Assembly: GCA_030603365.1 (NCBI GenBank)
Contig: JAUVXV010000002.1
Span: forward strand, 1 to 64,000
From: Candidatus Heimdallarchaeota archaeon
GTDB taxonomy: Archaea; Asgardarchaeota; Heimdallarchaeia; Heimdallarchaeales; Heimdallarchaeaceae
Length of the DNA stretch: 64,000 nucleotides
Reading direction: 5' to 3'
Shown: piece by piece, positions 19,387 to 29,867 of the stretch
Layout of the letters: every line of letters begins with the position of its first letter
How positions within the stretch are numbered: position 1 is the stretch's first letter
Program-made: the position numbers and the translations under genes
The notes under the pieces: generated by a model
Databases searched by the model: none
Seen by the model: the letters and a program-made list of their open reading frames with translations, nothing else
What the model was told of the DNA's origin: nothing

Positions 19387-19884
19387 ATGAAAATAGAAAA
19401 GCAATATGTTCATCTAATACTTATCTTGATTGCAATATCTGGCTGTTTTACTGCTAGTATGTTAACTGGTTATGTTAATAGAAAAGACAGTTATCATCTA
19501 TTTTACGGTGAAGAATTACTGGGAGAATTTACTTCTTGGGCAGGAAGTGAAATGAATTCTAGGGTAATCCTGAATATTCATGTTTCAAATGGGAGTTTGA
19601 CATACTGGATTTTTGAAGATGAAGTATGGTCTGATATGCCACAAGGTGGTTATGGTTACCTAAGTGCATTTTCCAATAATAACATAACTCTGTCATTTGA
19701 AAATATAAACTCTATTTACATTCGAATAGGTTCATACTATTGTATGTTCACAATTAGAATAACAGTTGTAAGAGTTATTTTAGGACCTGAATTAACAATT
19801 TGTGGAGTTATAACACTAGTTTTAGTAGCGCAATGGTTGATAAAAACAGGAAAAGTAAAGATTTACAATAAGAATAAAATTTAA
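19387..19884 (+). CDS. Membrane protein X1 (paralog of 20216..20707)
   Basis: N- and C-terminal TMs; LTGYV, GEFT.WAG..MNS, NNITL..EN.NS shared with X2. Confidence 0.7.
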   Translation: MKIEKQYVHLILILIAISGCFTASMLTGYVNRKDSYHLFYGEELLGEFTSWAGSEMNSRVILNIHVSNGSLTYWIFEDEVWSDMPQGGYGYLSAFSNNNITLSFENINSIYIRIGSYYCMFTIRITVVRVILGPELTICGVITLVLVAQWLIKTGKVKIYNKNKI

Positions 19885-19983
19885 ACTATTTACATTTTTA
19901 CCCACTTGTTTCTGGCTGAAAATATTCGCTTCATTTACTCACCACAAATTTTATCATTGGCATTAAGCATAATTTTATAGAAA

Positions 19984-20148
19984 ATGAAACCTCAACAAGA
20001 TCATCAGAAGAGAAAATTCTCAGTTAATCATCAGATTCTTGCCGATTATAATGCAGTAGCTGCCATAGCACATGTTAATGAAATGGATCAACTTGAAGTT
20101 GCTGAACAAGTTTTAGCAAATGCGAAGATGTTTTTTTGTATAGAATAA
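19984..20148 (+). other. Chimeric 54-codon ORF: 5' end of the E2-like gene fused in frame to the 3' end of tatD
   Basis: MKPQQDHQKRKFSVNHQILADYNAVAA|IAHVNEMDQLEVAEQVLANAKMFFCIE*. Confidence 0.85.
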
Positions 20149-20215
20149 GACCTAGATTTTTTTCAAACAGTTTTTTAAATGTTTTAACTAATTATTTAAC
20201 AGTAGAGCTGAAAGA

Positions 20216-20707
20216 ATGAATATAAACAAATTCAATGTATATCTAGTAATAATTATAGTTGTATCTGCTGGGTTCTATACTGGAAGTATTTTGACAGGAT
20301 ATGTTCATAAGAAGTTTGATATTGACGCAGTTCACAACGATACTATTGTGGGGGAATTTACAACTTGGGCGGGTAAAGGGATGAATAGTGAGGTAATATT
20401 TACTATATTCGTTTCTACCGGTACATTATACTTCCTAGTTTTTGAAGATGGACTTTGGTCAAAAGCTGCAATATCTACAATAGGTGAAGTGTATGTTTGG
20501 CTATATGCAGTTGAAAAAAATAACATAACCTTAACCTACGAAAATGTCAATTCCTATATTATTACAATTCATTCATTTTATTGTAATTTCACAATTGAAA
20601 TAACAATCCTACGAGAAATATTGGGACCAGGATTAGCAATTAGTGGAGTAATTTCCATTATTCTCATAACTATCTGGCTAATAAAGAGGAAACAGATCAT
20701 CCCATAG
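20216..20707 (+). CDS. Membrane protein X2 (paralog of 19387..19884)
   Basis: Same motifs and topology as X1. Confidence 0.7.
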   Translation: MNINKFNVYLVIIIVVSAGFYTGSILTGYVHKKFDIDAVHNDTIVGEFTTWAGKGMNSEVIFTIFVSTGTLYFLVFEDGLWSKAAISTIGEVYVWLYAVEKNNITLTYENVNSYIITIHSFYCNFTIEITILREILGPGLAISGVISIILITIWLIKRKQIIP

Positions 20708-20767
20708 AGACTATTCATTACCTCACAACAAATTTTATCAATAACATCAAGAATAATTTCAACGAAA

Positions 20768-21589
20768 ATGAAATCTCAGAAGGATTATCATAAGAGAAAG
20801 TTTTCAGTTAACCGACAGATTCTTGCTGATTATAATGCTGTTGCGGCTAGTTTTTCTCGAATCCAAGCATTAATCGAAGTAGATATAACTGAAGCACTAA
20901 AAATTATTAAGAAAATTGAGAAGAAGGATGGATACAAGGTTTCTTTCACTGCTTGGGTGGCCAAATGCATTAGTAAAGGAGTAAGTGAGGATAAGAGATT
21001 TAACTCATATCGCAAAGGTAGAAAGAAAATCATTGTTTTTGATAAAATAGACATTAGTGTAATGGTCGAAATAACAACTAAAGAAGGGAAACAAGTTCCT
21101 TTTAATCATGTTATAAAAGACACAGAATCAAAAAGTGTGAAAGGAATAACTGATGAAATCAGAGCTATTCAACATAAGAAAATTGATGAAAAAGAACAAC
21201 TTACTAGAGATTCTTCGAAGTTTTCCAATCTTTACACATTGATTCCTGGATTTATTCGAAGGATGGTTATTAGATACATGTTAACTAATCCCTTCAAATT
21301 GCGGAAGTTGATAGGTACTGTCGGCATAACCTCTTTTGGAAAATTCGTTAAGAGTGTCTCAGGCTGGGGGGTTCCTTTTGCAGATAAAACTCTGAATGTA
21401 GCTTTGGGGGGGATAAAAAGAATAACCTGCGAGTTAGATGGAAAACTACATACAAGAGAGTACCTTTGTATAACTTATCTAATAGATCACAATCTGGTAG
21501 ATGGAGCTCCAGCAGCAAGGTTTGTTTCTAGAATAAGTGAGTTATTGGAAAGTAATTACTGCTTGGATGATATAGAAAAAATAGAATGA
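20768..21589 (+). CDS. 2-oxoacid dehydrogenase E2-like acyltransferase, catalytic domain only
   Basis: DHNLVDGAPAARF catalytic motif; no lipoyl domain. Confidence 0.85.
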   Translation: MKSQKDYHKRKFSVNRQILADYNAVAASFSRIQALIEVDITEALKIIKKIEKKDGYKVSFTAWVAKCISKGVSEDKRFNSYRKGRKKIIVFDKIDISVMVEITTKEGKQVPFNHVIKDTESKSVKGITDEIRAIQHKKIDEKEQLTRDSSKFSNLYTLIPGFIRRMVIRYMLTNPFKLRKLIGTVGITSFGKFVKSVSGWGVPFADKTLNVALGGIKRITCELDGKLHTREYLCITYLIDHNLVDGAPAARFVSRISELLESNYCLDDIEKIE

Positions 21590-21602
21590 GGGAAGAGTAT
21601 AA

Positions 21603-23330
21603 TCATCTCTTCTTCCTTGACATTTTACGCAAACTTAAACTTATTATCGATACGCCAAGTATTGACAAACCTATTGTAAATCCTGAGTTAGTATCTAATG
21701 TTTCAGTTATAATACTAATCAAATATTCTCTATACCCTACATACTCGTTTCCTATGGTTATTGGATATTCTCCTTCAGAAATTGCAAGATTCCCTAAATT
21801 AGCAGTAGGATTGAATATGGCGCTATAACCAGCTGCGAACATATTATAGGAGGAAATTACTGAACCATTAGCATCTTGGACATAAATCCTGTCCATCGTT
21901 TTAATTCTGGGACTCAGATTCTCACATGTTACATTAATTTGTACTTCTCCATCTTCAGGTTTTCCAAGGTATGAAATATTCAAGTCCAGATTCAATCTAG
22001 GAGTATTTTGGAGGAGATAGTCGAATCCAGGACGGACATCATTCCAAAGAGCATTGATGTAATTGTCTTCAGGAGTAAAGTAACCATATATTTCTGTCCA
22101 TTCAAGAATAAGATGAGTGGAATTATTAACTATTACAGTTTCTGCATCGGGGAGTATAGACGAAAGGTTACGATAAAGCTCGAAAGTAATAGGAGCCAGA
22201 ATATCTCGCTCGAAGTAAGCCCATGTATCCCATCCTCCAGCTAAAGCGTAAGAAGGTTCTTCCCGAGTGAATGGTGTTTTAGCTGGATCAAGATAAATTT
22301 CAGTGTAAGAGGGAGGAAGAATCTCGCTATAATCTAACACCATTTGCCAATACAAACTTGGTTCTGCCCATCCATACTCATTGTCCGCAAAGAAAGTAGC
22401 ATTTATACCTGAATGAAGGCTATAAGCCATACCAAATCTATGTTGCAGCATGAAATCTCTAACTGCCTGAGTTTCAGGTTCAGAAAATGGTGTGGGACCT
22501 GGATAAACTTGAGATTGTGTATCATTTTCCCATCCTGAACCATCTCTCCAAAAGGAATCATAATTTCTGTTTAAATCAGTGTAACCGATTTTATCTTCAT
22601 TTATTTCTCCGTCTCCATCATTATCAATTCCTTCATAGAAGGTATAAAGATACAAAGGGTTAGCTGGATTAGTATTATCATAAACATCAAAAGATGATAC
22701 CACTCCATCCAAATCTACATCTTCAATATGATCTTCTTCAAACAAACCATCACTATCATCATCCCAAGGACGAAGATTTTTTCTCAACCAGTAATCTCCT
22801 TGATCAACAACTATGTCAAGAGCATCTGGATTAACTGTTGGTATGACATAAATCTCTTGATAATCGATGAAATCTGTAATCGTCTGATTTTCTTGATAAT
22901 TATTTAATAAATAAGCAATGAATCTTAAAGCTGTTTCAGTAGAAATTTGCTCTCTCCCATGGTGTTGGGCACAAACAAAGGCTTTTGCTTTTTGATATGT
23001 TCTTTCTTCATTAGTTATTTTCAATACTCTAATATCTTTACCAAGATAGCTTTGACCTATTACTTCCACATCTACTAGCTCAGGAACTAAGGAATGAAAT
23101 CTGTCAATTTCTTCATCCACTTCTGTAGAATTGTGGTAATAATTATCATAAAGGAGAGAGAGATCTTCCCAAGCTCTAGTCAAGGTGAAATATGGTTTTT
23201 CAGTAATAATTAAAGGACTATCTGCTACCATAGTGTTAGATGATAAACTAGTCATTGTTAACAGAATTAATGCTAGAAATAGGGAAGATTTTCTCGAAGA
23301 GAACCTACTCATATCAAAATGATATATCAC
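21603..23330 (-). CDS. Secreted, membrane-anchored M14 zinc carboxypeptidase
   Basis: Signal peptide, HHGRE, DLNRNY, LHSG, FELY, DNDGDG Ca-type motifs, SGF-TM-basic tail. Confidence 0.88.
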   Translation of the reverse strand: MIYHFDMSRFSSRKSSLFLALILLTMTSLSSNTMVADSPLIITEKPYFTLTRAWEDLSLLYDNYYHNSTEVDEEIDRFHSLVPELVDVEVIGQSYLGKDIRVLKITNEERTYQKAKAFVCAQHHGREQISTETALRFIAYLLNNYQENQTITDFIDYQEIYVIPTVNPDALDIVVDQGDYWLRKNLRPWDDDSDGLFEEDHIEDVDLDGVVSSFDVYDNTNPANPLYLYTFYEGIDNDGDGEINEDKIGYTDLNRNYDSFWRDGSGWENDTQSQVYPGPTPFSEPETQAVRDFMLQHRFGMAYSLHSGINATFFADNEYGWAEPSLYWQMVLDYSEILPPSYTEIYLDPAKTPFTREEPSYALAGGWDTWAYFERDILAPITFELYRNLSSILPDAETVIVNNSTHLILEWTEIYGYFTPEDNYINALWNDVRPGFDYLLQNTPRLNLDLNISYLGKPEDGEVQINVTCENLSPRIKTMDRIYVQDANGSVISSYNMFAAGYSAIFNPTANLGNLAISEGEYPITIGNEYVGYREYLISIITETLDTNSGFTIGLSILGVSIISLSLRKMSRKKR

Positions 23331-23378
23331 ACACTTATATAGTTTAATTGTGGTCGATTCAAGTTAAAAATTTATTAA

Positions 23379-24131
23379 TTGGGAGAAAATCATAGATACA
23401 TGAAAGAATCTATTGAGTTAGAATTTCTATCTTGGATGGAAGTTGAAGAGGTTCTAAATAATTACAAAGTTGTATTAATTGCTCTTGGAGCAAGAACTAA
23501 AGAGCATGGACCACATCTTCCTCTTAATAACGATTATATTATGGCAGAGTATCTCAAAGAGCAAGTAGTTAAGGAAGTTCCAGTCGCTGTTTTACCTACA
23601 CTGCAATATGGATATTATCCTTCGTTTTTGGAATATCCAGGTTCTATCTCTATTAGTGAAGAGACCTTCAAAAACATGATAATGGATATCTGTCTGTCTA
23701 TGAAAGGTTACGGTGTCAAGAAATTTTATATTATTAATACGGGTATCTCAACTCTACGACCACTACGAAGTGCATGTGAGGAATTAGAGAAAAAGGGAAT
23801 TATTTTACATTTTTTGAACATCCTTGATGTTGATAAGAAGCTAGATAGAAATTTGTTAGTACAGGAAGGTGGAACACATGCAGATGAAGGAGAAACATCA
23901 ATTATGTTACATATTGCTCCTGAAATCGTAGATATGAATAAAGCTGAGAAAGATTATGATCCTAGACCTAAGAGAAGAGGATTAACTAGGGATCCTGAAG
24001 GAGATGGAGTTTACAGTAAAACAGGAATATATGGAAATCCAACCTTAGCGACAAAAGAGAAAGGAAAAATTCTAACTGAATCATTAATTGCAGAAGTGAT
24101 AAAACAGATTAGAAGTCTAATATCTATATAA
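23379..24131 (+). CDS. Creatininase family protein
   Basis: EHGPHLPL.ND, HADEGETS, G.PTLATKEKG. Confidence 0.9.
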   Translation: MGENHRYMKESIELEFLSWMEVEEVLNNYKVVLIALGARTKEHGPHLPLNNDYIMAEYLKEQVVKEVPVAVLPTLQYGYYPSFLEYPGSISISEETFKNMIMDICLSMKGYGVKKFYIINTGISTLRPLRSACEELEKKGIILHFLNILDVDKKLDRNLLVQEGGTHADEGETSIMLHIAPEIVDMNKAEKDYDPRPKRRGLTRDPEGDGVYSKTGIYGNPTLATKEKGKILTESLIAEVIKQIRSLISI

Positions 24132-24160
24132 TCAAGAAAGTTGAACCTAGTACAACATAC

Positions 24161-24246
24161 AAGTTTTTTATAATAGTATGCGTTTTGTTTTCTGCTTCAT
24201 TGATGAAACCTATTTCATTTATTATGAGTTCATTTCCAATTGAAGA
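24161..24246 (+). pseudogene. Orphan copy of the promoter and first ~15 codons of the dehydratase subunit gene at 26223
   Basis: AAGTTTTTTATA..AGTATG.GTT.TGTTTTCTGCTTCATTGATGAA.CCTAT matches 26184..26269; MKPISFIMSSFPIED vs MNPISYVQSSSPIDE. Confidence 0.8.
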
Positions 24247-24314
24247 TTGTAACATTCTTTCTAGCGGAAGCGCGAATCAATTACTAGCACTTCAAAAGTA
24301 ATATGTCTTAAACT

Positions 24315-25739
24315 CTAAAAACCATGTCCCAATATAAGAATTATTAGCCACCAAGGACTAGACACCATAGCACCAATAAAAGCAACACTCATTATTATTA
24401 GAGGAACTTTCTTCCATAACTTCATTCTTCCTATTTCTTGACAGAAAAGTACAAGCAATATGATATATGCTAAAGGCAGAAGAACAGCTAAAAATCCAAA
24501 TAATCCATAAACCATCCACCCAACACTAGGTTGACCAGGAGTTATCACCCAAGGTGCTATAATAATAGATAACAAGAAACAAATTAGATAAATATTTACA
24601 GTAATTCTATTGTTTTTGCTTTCCATTATTTTTAGTCGAAGATTGGTGAAAATGCTTCTTTTTGGAATTGCTGTTTTACAGCTAAAACAGAATGTCGCAG
24701 TTGATTTCATAATACAATCACAATTAGGACAGGATGAAATTTTTGCTATTCTAAGAGGTCTCTCAGCATCTCGTTTGCGATAATACGGAATGATAGTATT
24801 GCGAGTAAAAGGAATAGCATACTTCGGTACTACAAACGCTAGGACACAAACACTACACAGCAGAGGTATGACTATAGTAATAATACGGATTACCTCAGGG
24901 TTGGTGGGACAGTCTAGTGCTCTGTTTAAAGGATACATGTCTATGGAATTAGCTTTTCCATCAATTTTATAAGTACACTTTGTCCCAAGATCAGACCAAT
25001 AATTGCCTTCTTTTAGCTCAGGGTCATACCATTGATTCTTCTTTCCATCATCTTGTGCTTGAGAATCACTCCATATATTATTGTCTACAAAATTATTGTG
25101 GTGAATGATGTTACCATCAGAACTGCGACTTATTTGGACGCCGAATCCTTCATTTTCTTGTAATAAATTATACTTAACAAGACATGAACAAGAAGAAGAA
25201 GACAAAGAGATACCCCCTCCCCCTCTGTTGTTGGTGCAGGTGTTATTAGTTATATTAGCACCAGAAGAATACCTGAGAATGATACCATACAATGAATTAG
25301 TACATGTGTTATTTATGATTGTAGCAGTTCCTTCAGTAGTAGAATAAATACTAATACCATAATTCTCTGCATCAACATAACAATTACGGATTATAAAAAA
25401 AGAACTAGTATATTCAATCCGAATTCCATATTGATCTGTTGTATTAATGGAATATCCTTCGATAATGTACGGATCAGTTTCAGTTCCAATTCCTGGAAAA
25501 CCAGAAGTGATGAAATCACCATCAGAGTTTATGTCAATGGGTCCATGAGGAGTTAATTCTAATGAAACAGGTTTTTCTACATCGTGATTAAAGTCTGCTA
25601 ATACTAGTGTATTCTCACTTCGTTTCAGGTTATAGCTTGCTCCAAATCCACAAGATAGAATGATAAGTAAAACTGTAAGTATTCCAAACAAGAACATTTT
25701 TGAGAATAAAGTGTTTTTTTTCACTTTTACTCTGAACAT
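24315..25739 (-). CDS. NosD/parallel beta-helix surface protein with TM, zinc ribbon and extra TMs
   Basis: GTETDPYIIEG, NNTCTNN repeats, GNYWSD, CPNC...CFSC. Confidence 0.8.
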   Translation of the reverse strand: MFRVKVKKNTLFSKMFLFGILTVLLIILSCGFGASYNLKRSENTLVLADFNHDVEKPVSLELTPHGPIDINSDGDFITSGFPGIGTETDPYIIEGYSINTTDQYGIRIEYTSSFFIIRNCYVDAENYGISIYSTTEGTATIINNTCTNSLYGIILRYSSGANITNNTCTNNRGGGGISLSSSSCSCLVKYNLLQENEGFGVQISRSSDGNIIHHNNFVDNNIWSDSQAQDDGKKNQWYDPELKEGNYWSDLGTKCTYKIDGKANSIDMYPLNRALDCPTNPEVIRIITIVIPLLCSVCVLAFVVPKYAIPFTRNTIIPYYRKRDAERPLRIAKISSCPNCDCIMKSTATFCFSCKTAIPKRSIFTNLRLKIMESKNNRITVNIYLICFLLSIIIAPWVITPGQPSVGWMVYGLFGFLAVLLPLAYIILLVLFCQEIGRMKLWKKVPLIIMSVAFIGAMVSSPWWLIILILGHGF

Positions 25740-26222
25740 TGTGAATCAGTATACTTGAATTTTCATTATAATAAAGATTCCTTTTAGAAATAAAATAAAT
25801 TGAGAAAATTGTAATTGAGTAATATTCAATTTGTTATTTGAGCTCGAAATCACTTTATTATCTTTTTTATCATTCTATTTCTAAAGATAAACCTTTCCGG
25901 TCGAAAAGAATCATCGACAAGGATATTTTTAACTAAAATGCATTTCTTCGGCTTTTAGGAATGCTTTTCCTCCTTTTCTTTATCTAATAATTTCATTGTC
26001 AAACAAAACTCTCGACAAGATCACCCCATATTTACATTAGCGAAATCACCTTTAGTTCAATATATTCTTCCAAAAACCACAATCATTATTCTTTCTTTTA
26101 TATTTTTCTTGATACTTAGTAATAACACAGATTAAATGTCTAATATCGATCTAATTAAGATAGTTTAATCTATTGTAAGATATAAGTTTTTTATATTAGT
26201 ATGAGTTCTGTTTTCTGCTTCA

Positions 26223-27263
26223 TTGATGAATCCTATATCATATGTTCAGAGTTCCTCTCCAATTGATGAGATAATTAGAGTAGCGGGTTATAATGTGAAA
26301 CACATATGGAATATTAGCGATTCAAGAAGTTTCAAAGAGATCAATTTTCTTCCTCAGCAGTATTGTCAACTCAGTAAACACATCTATACCACTATTGTAC
26401 CTAAGATTAAAGATGGAGTTGATAAACTACTAATTATAAGTCATTGTTCAGAACTCAATAGATTTCATTCACTCCTAGATGAGATTTGCAAACATGATTT
26501 CATAGAAATTCCACGAAGTAATAGAAAGCACGCTCAAATCTATCTGGAAAAACAAGTTAAAAATTATATAGATACTGATTCATCATTAAAATCTGTTTCA
26601 ATAGTCAAACTCAATCAAGAAATAACTGATAGACAGAATCTTACAAAACATTTGAAAGAAATCCATCTGAAAAAACAGATGAAATATGTTGATTTACTTT
26701 CGTTTGTTAATGTAATTTTAGATCGGAATGTATCATCATTTCAACAAATCAAAAATGAAATAGAAGAAAAAACCAATAGAAGCAGTGTAGAAGACAAAAA
26801 TAATATCAATAAACCTATAATTTTGATATTAGGAGAATTTTGGTGTGAAGAGATAGCTCAAATATTGGAAAAAATGGATGAACTATTTGAAATAAAGAAG
26901 GATACTTTTGAGAATGGATTAGGTTTCACATATCAAGAATTTAAGGAAACTTCAATTGAAGATCTGAAAACATACATTGAATATGTTGTTCAAAACACCA
27001 TAAAAAACAAGTTTAACCCATCCTTACTCGATTTTCAAGTTGAAATAATTAATCATGAAATTACTAAAGATAATATTGAAGGAATCATCATCTTGAATTA
27101 CAAATTCTGTGATGTCTATACGTTTCTAGCACCGATTATAAAACAGATTCCAGATTTTGATTTACCTATATTAGAAATTGAACTTGAGAGCGAAGGATTA
27201 GGTTTTGAACAAGTTAAGACAAGACTTGAAGCTTTTAATGAATGTCTGCTTGATAGGAGGTAA
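26223..27263 (+). CDS. 2-hydroxyacyl-CoA dehydratase family subunit
   Basis: LPQQYC, HCS, KFCD, QVKTRLEAF. Confidence 0.8.
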   Translation: MMNPISYVQSSSPIDEIIRVAGYNVKHIWNISDSRSFKEINFLPQQYCQLSKHIYTTIVPKIKDGVDKLLIISHCSELNRFHSLLDEICKHDFIEIPRSNRKHAQIYLEKQVKNYIDTDSSLKSVSIVKLNQEITDRQNLTKHLKEIHLKKQMKYVDLLSFVNVILDRNVSSFQQIKNEIEEKTNRSSVEDKNNINKPIILILGEFWCEEIAQILEKMDELFEIKKDTFENGLGFTYQEFKETSIEDLKTYIEYVVQNTIKNKFNPSLLDFQVEIINHEITKDNIEGIIILNYKFCDVYTFLAPIIKQIPDFDLPILEIELESEGLGFEQVKTRLEAFNECLLDRR

Positions 27264-27265
27264 AA

Positions 27266-28519
27266 GTGATGGATGTAGGCAATTTCGTAAGATTCTCCTT
27301 TAAGCATTTGATGGTAAAACCTGTTCGATTTACAGTTGCAACTATAGCTTCATGGTTGACAAGAATCAAATCAGATAGACTCATCTACAATCAATATTCT
27401 AAATTTCTAAGAGATTGTTATAGAAATCCAGATAGAGTCGCATGGGTTCCTTTTGTTTATCCTGTTGAAATTCTGTATTCAATGAATTTGCTACCATTCA
27501 CTACAGAGGTTTTTGGGAGTAATTACGCCAGAGTACCTTCGTTAATACCAGATGCTTTTGAAAGAGCTTTTCAGGTAGGATTATCAGCTGATTCATGCAG
27601 TTTTCATCATGCTTCTGTGGGGATTCTATCCCAAAATAAACATCCAAAAGCAAAAATAATTCTGGGGGGTACTCCAACAGGTTGTGAGGATCAGTACCAT
27701 ACTTTACGTTTGTTGGCGAAAATGTTCAAAACGAAATATTACGCAATAGATATTCCCAGAAACTATTCAGGAGAAAAAGAGAAGTTTGAATATTTCAAAG
27801 ATGAACTATATGGATTAATTGAGTTTTGTGAAAAAGAAACAGAGTTTGAATTTGAAAAGGAAAAATTGAAGAAACTCAATTCTCGTTATAGATCGGTTTA
27901 TCAGAAATACGAGAAAATTATGAAACTTAAAGCTGATATTCCAACGAAACTTTTTGAAGGTCACTTTACTGCTATTTCTTCAGTTTTAGTCGATTTTGTT
28001 GGAAGCTTAGAGAGAGTTGAGAAATATTTCGATAAGGCTATAAAAGATTTCAACTATCTAAATTTCCCTGCAATGGGAGATTCTTCTAAACGTATTGCAT
28101 GGATTGGACATCCTATTGTACCCTTAAGAAAACTGCAATATTTCTTAGCAGAAAGAGACGCGTTTATCGGTTATCAAGAATTCATGGAAAGTACTGTGCC
28201 TCCTCCTTCTAAAAGAAATGATCCTATAGAGGAAGTAGCTGAAAAATATCTATCAGCATATTCAAATGTACCAATTGAGAAAAGGTTGGAAGTAATAAAA
28301 GAGCGTCTGAGTAAGCATCGCTATGATGGTATTGTTTACATGACTACATGGGGATGTCATCAATTAAATTCAACAGCTTCTTACATTGTTGAAAACTTGA
28401 AGGAAGATTATCCTGTTGTTCTGATAGATTCTGACAGCTGTAACATCAAAAATGTTGGAGAAGAACAAGTTAAAATGAGATTAGAAGCATTATTAGAGTT
28501 AATCGAACAACGACAATAG
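27266..28519 (+). CDS. 2-hydroxyacyl-CoA dehydratase family subunit
   Basis: DSCSFH, TGCE, WGCH, QVKMRLEAL. Confidence 0.85.
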   Translation: MMDVGNFVRFSFKHLMVKPVRFTVATIASWLTRIKSDRLIYNQYSKFLRDCYRNPDRVAWVPFVYPVEILYSMNLLPFTTEVFGSNYARVPSLIPDAFERAFQVGLSADSCSFHHASVGILSQNKHPKAKIILGGTPTGCEDQYHTLRLLAKMFKTKYYAIDIPRNYSGEKEKFEYFKDELYGLIEFCEKETEFEFEKEKLKKLNSRYRSVYQKYEKIMKLKADIPTKLFEGHFTAISSVLVDFVGSLERVEKYFDKAIKDFNYLNFPAMGDSSKRIAWIGHPIVPLRKLQYFLAERDAFIGYQEFMESTVPPPSKRNDPIEEVAEKYLSAYSNVPIEKRLEVIKERLSKHRYDGIVYMTTWGCHQLNSTASYIVENLKEDYPVVLIDSDSCNIKNVGEEQVKMRLEALLELIEQRQ

Positions 28520-28542
28520 GAACAGATTTTGAAAAGTTTTTA

Positions 28543-28710
28543 ATGATGAGTTTTTGTCATGTTGGCATATTAACCACACATGGTTGAACATATTTCATAG
28601 TCGATGTATGTGTCATTCCTGGTGGGTCTACACACACTCTACGTGGATACATCACGTATCCTCCTACCCCGTTTACTTTACGCGGAGGTAAAGCTTGCGG
28701 ATCGCTTTTA
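28543..28710 (-). ncRNA. Putative omega-RNA scaffold, copy 2
   Basis: GGATAC/GTATCC stem (28645..28661) compensatory to copy 1; terminal hairpin CATGT(G)TGG...CCAACATG. Confidence 0.6.
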
Positions 28711-29867
28711 ACCAAAATATTATACGCTGCATTGACATCAGCATTGATCTTGTGTCCTTGGGCAGAAATAAACAACCCTCGGGAGGAGCGTTTACCAGCA
28801 TACTTTGTTCGTTTCTGTGGGAATTCATTATCTAAGAAACTGCTTTTGGAAGTGTAGTCTTCAGGAATCGTCTCCACACGTATCCCTTGTTCCTCACCTT
28901 TATACTTCAGCTGATTGATAATCTTTAGGAAGGGGGTAGTAACGAACATCTGAGTGACTTTTTTCCCTAAATTCGCTTGCTGTTTCCACTTAGGGTTGTA
29001 ACCTATGATTACTTCGTGTAAATCTCTCTCCACAAACAGATTAACCAAATATTTGGTTAGATGGTGGAGCGCATTCTTGAGCTTCTTACGATAGTTCTCT
29101 TTAAGCTTGTAATAGGCTTGCCCATAGACTAGCTTCTGTTGCTGTTTCAGATTCTTCTTTTGCTGTTGCACATATTGCGCTCGTAATTTTTTTTGTTTTT
29201 TCATGTAATATTGGATAATACTTTTGATTCCTTTTCCGTGATCCTTGACAACAATCGGTTGATTTCCGAGGTTATCCACGAAGGTCACTAGGTTGACTGT
29301 CCCTAAATCGATCGCGCCTTTTCTAATGCTTGTCTTCCTTTGTTTTGGAAGTATTCTCTCATAGACTAACTCAAGAGTGTATCCCACTTGTCTAGGGATG
29401 ACCCTCACTTCCTTCAACTTAGACCGAGCTGTTAGACGGGTTTTATAGTAAAATGCTACTTTCTCAGGTAAAACTACCCATCCGTTTTTTATCCTCGCTT
29501 GTTGATTGGTGATAATTGCAACTCCTTCTCCATCCTTTGTTTTGTATCGAGGAGGTCGAGGTTGAGCAAAGAACTTCTCAGGATAGTTCTTCCACTCCTT
29601 TAAAGCACGAAAATAAGATTTCCAGTTTCTTGTTAGGAGTTTGAGCGTATGTTGCGCAGTATGAGCTGGTAATACTCTGTAACAGTCTTCTTGTATGAGC
29701 AAGGTATTCAGTTCATAATAACTGAGGAGTTTGTTATGTTTGTTTAGACTGGATTTTACTAGGAAATTTGCTCGATTGTAGAGGTTTTTTACTTGATGAC
29801 AAAGCTTACTTAGAGCTTGGTGGTAGGGTAGTTCTATACACTCTACCCTCAGTACTTTTGTCATCAT
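28557..29867 (-). CDS. tnpB: RNA-guided endonuclease TnpB, copy 2
   Basis: Same motifs as copy 1 (GAIDLG, PEDYTSK, NADVNAAYNI). Confidence 0.93.
   Translation of the reverse strand: MMTKVLRVECIELPYHQALSKLCHQVKNLYNRANFLVKSSLNKHNKLLSYYELNTLLIQEDCYRVLPAHTAQHTLKLLTRNWKSYFRALKEWKNYPEKFFAQPRPPRYKTKDGEGVAIITNQQARIKNGWVVLPEKVAFYYKTRLTARSKLKEVRVIPRQVGYTLELVYERILPKQRKTSIRKGAIDLGTVNLVTFVDNLGNQPIVVKDHGKGIKSIIQYYMKKQKKLRAQYVQQQKKNLKQQQKLVYGQAYYKLKENYRKKLKNALHHLTKYLVNLFVERDLHEVIIGYNPKWKQQANLGKKVTQMFVTTPFLKIINQLKYKGEEQGIRVETIPEDYTSKSSFLDNEFPQKRTKYAGKRSSRGLFISAQGHKINADVNAAYNILVKSDPQALPPRKVNGVGGYVMYPRRVCVDPPGMTHTSTMKYVQPCVVNMPT

Noticed and set aside
25800-26110. Possible decayed gene in the long intergenic region
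   Set aside because: Multiple stops in the frame examined and no recognisable parent; cannot be supported without a search.
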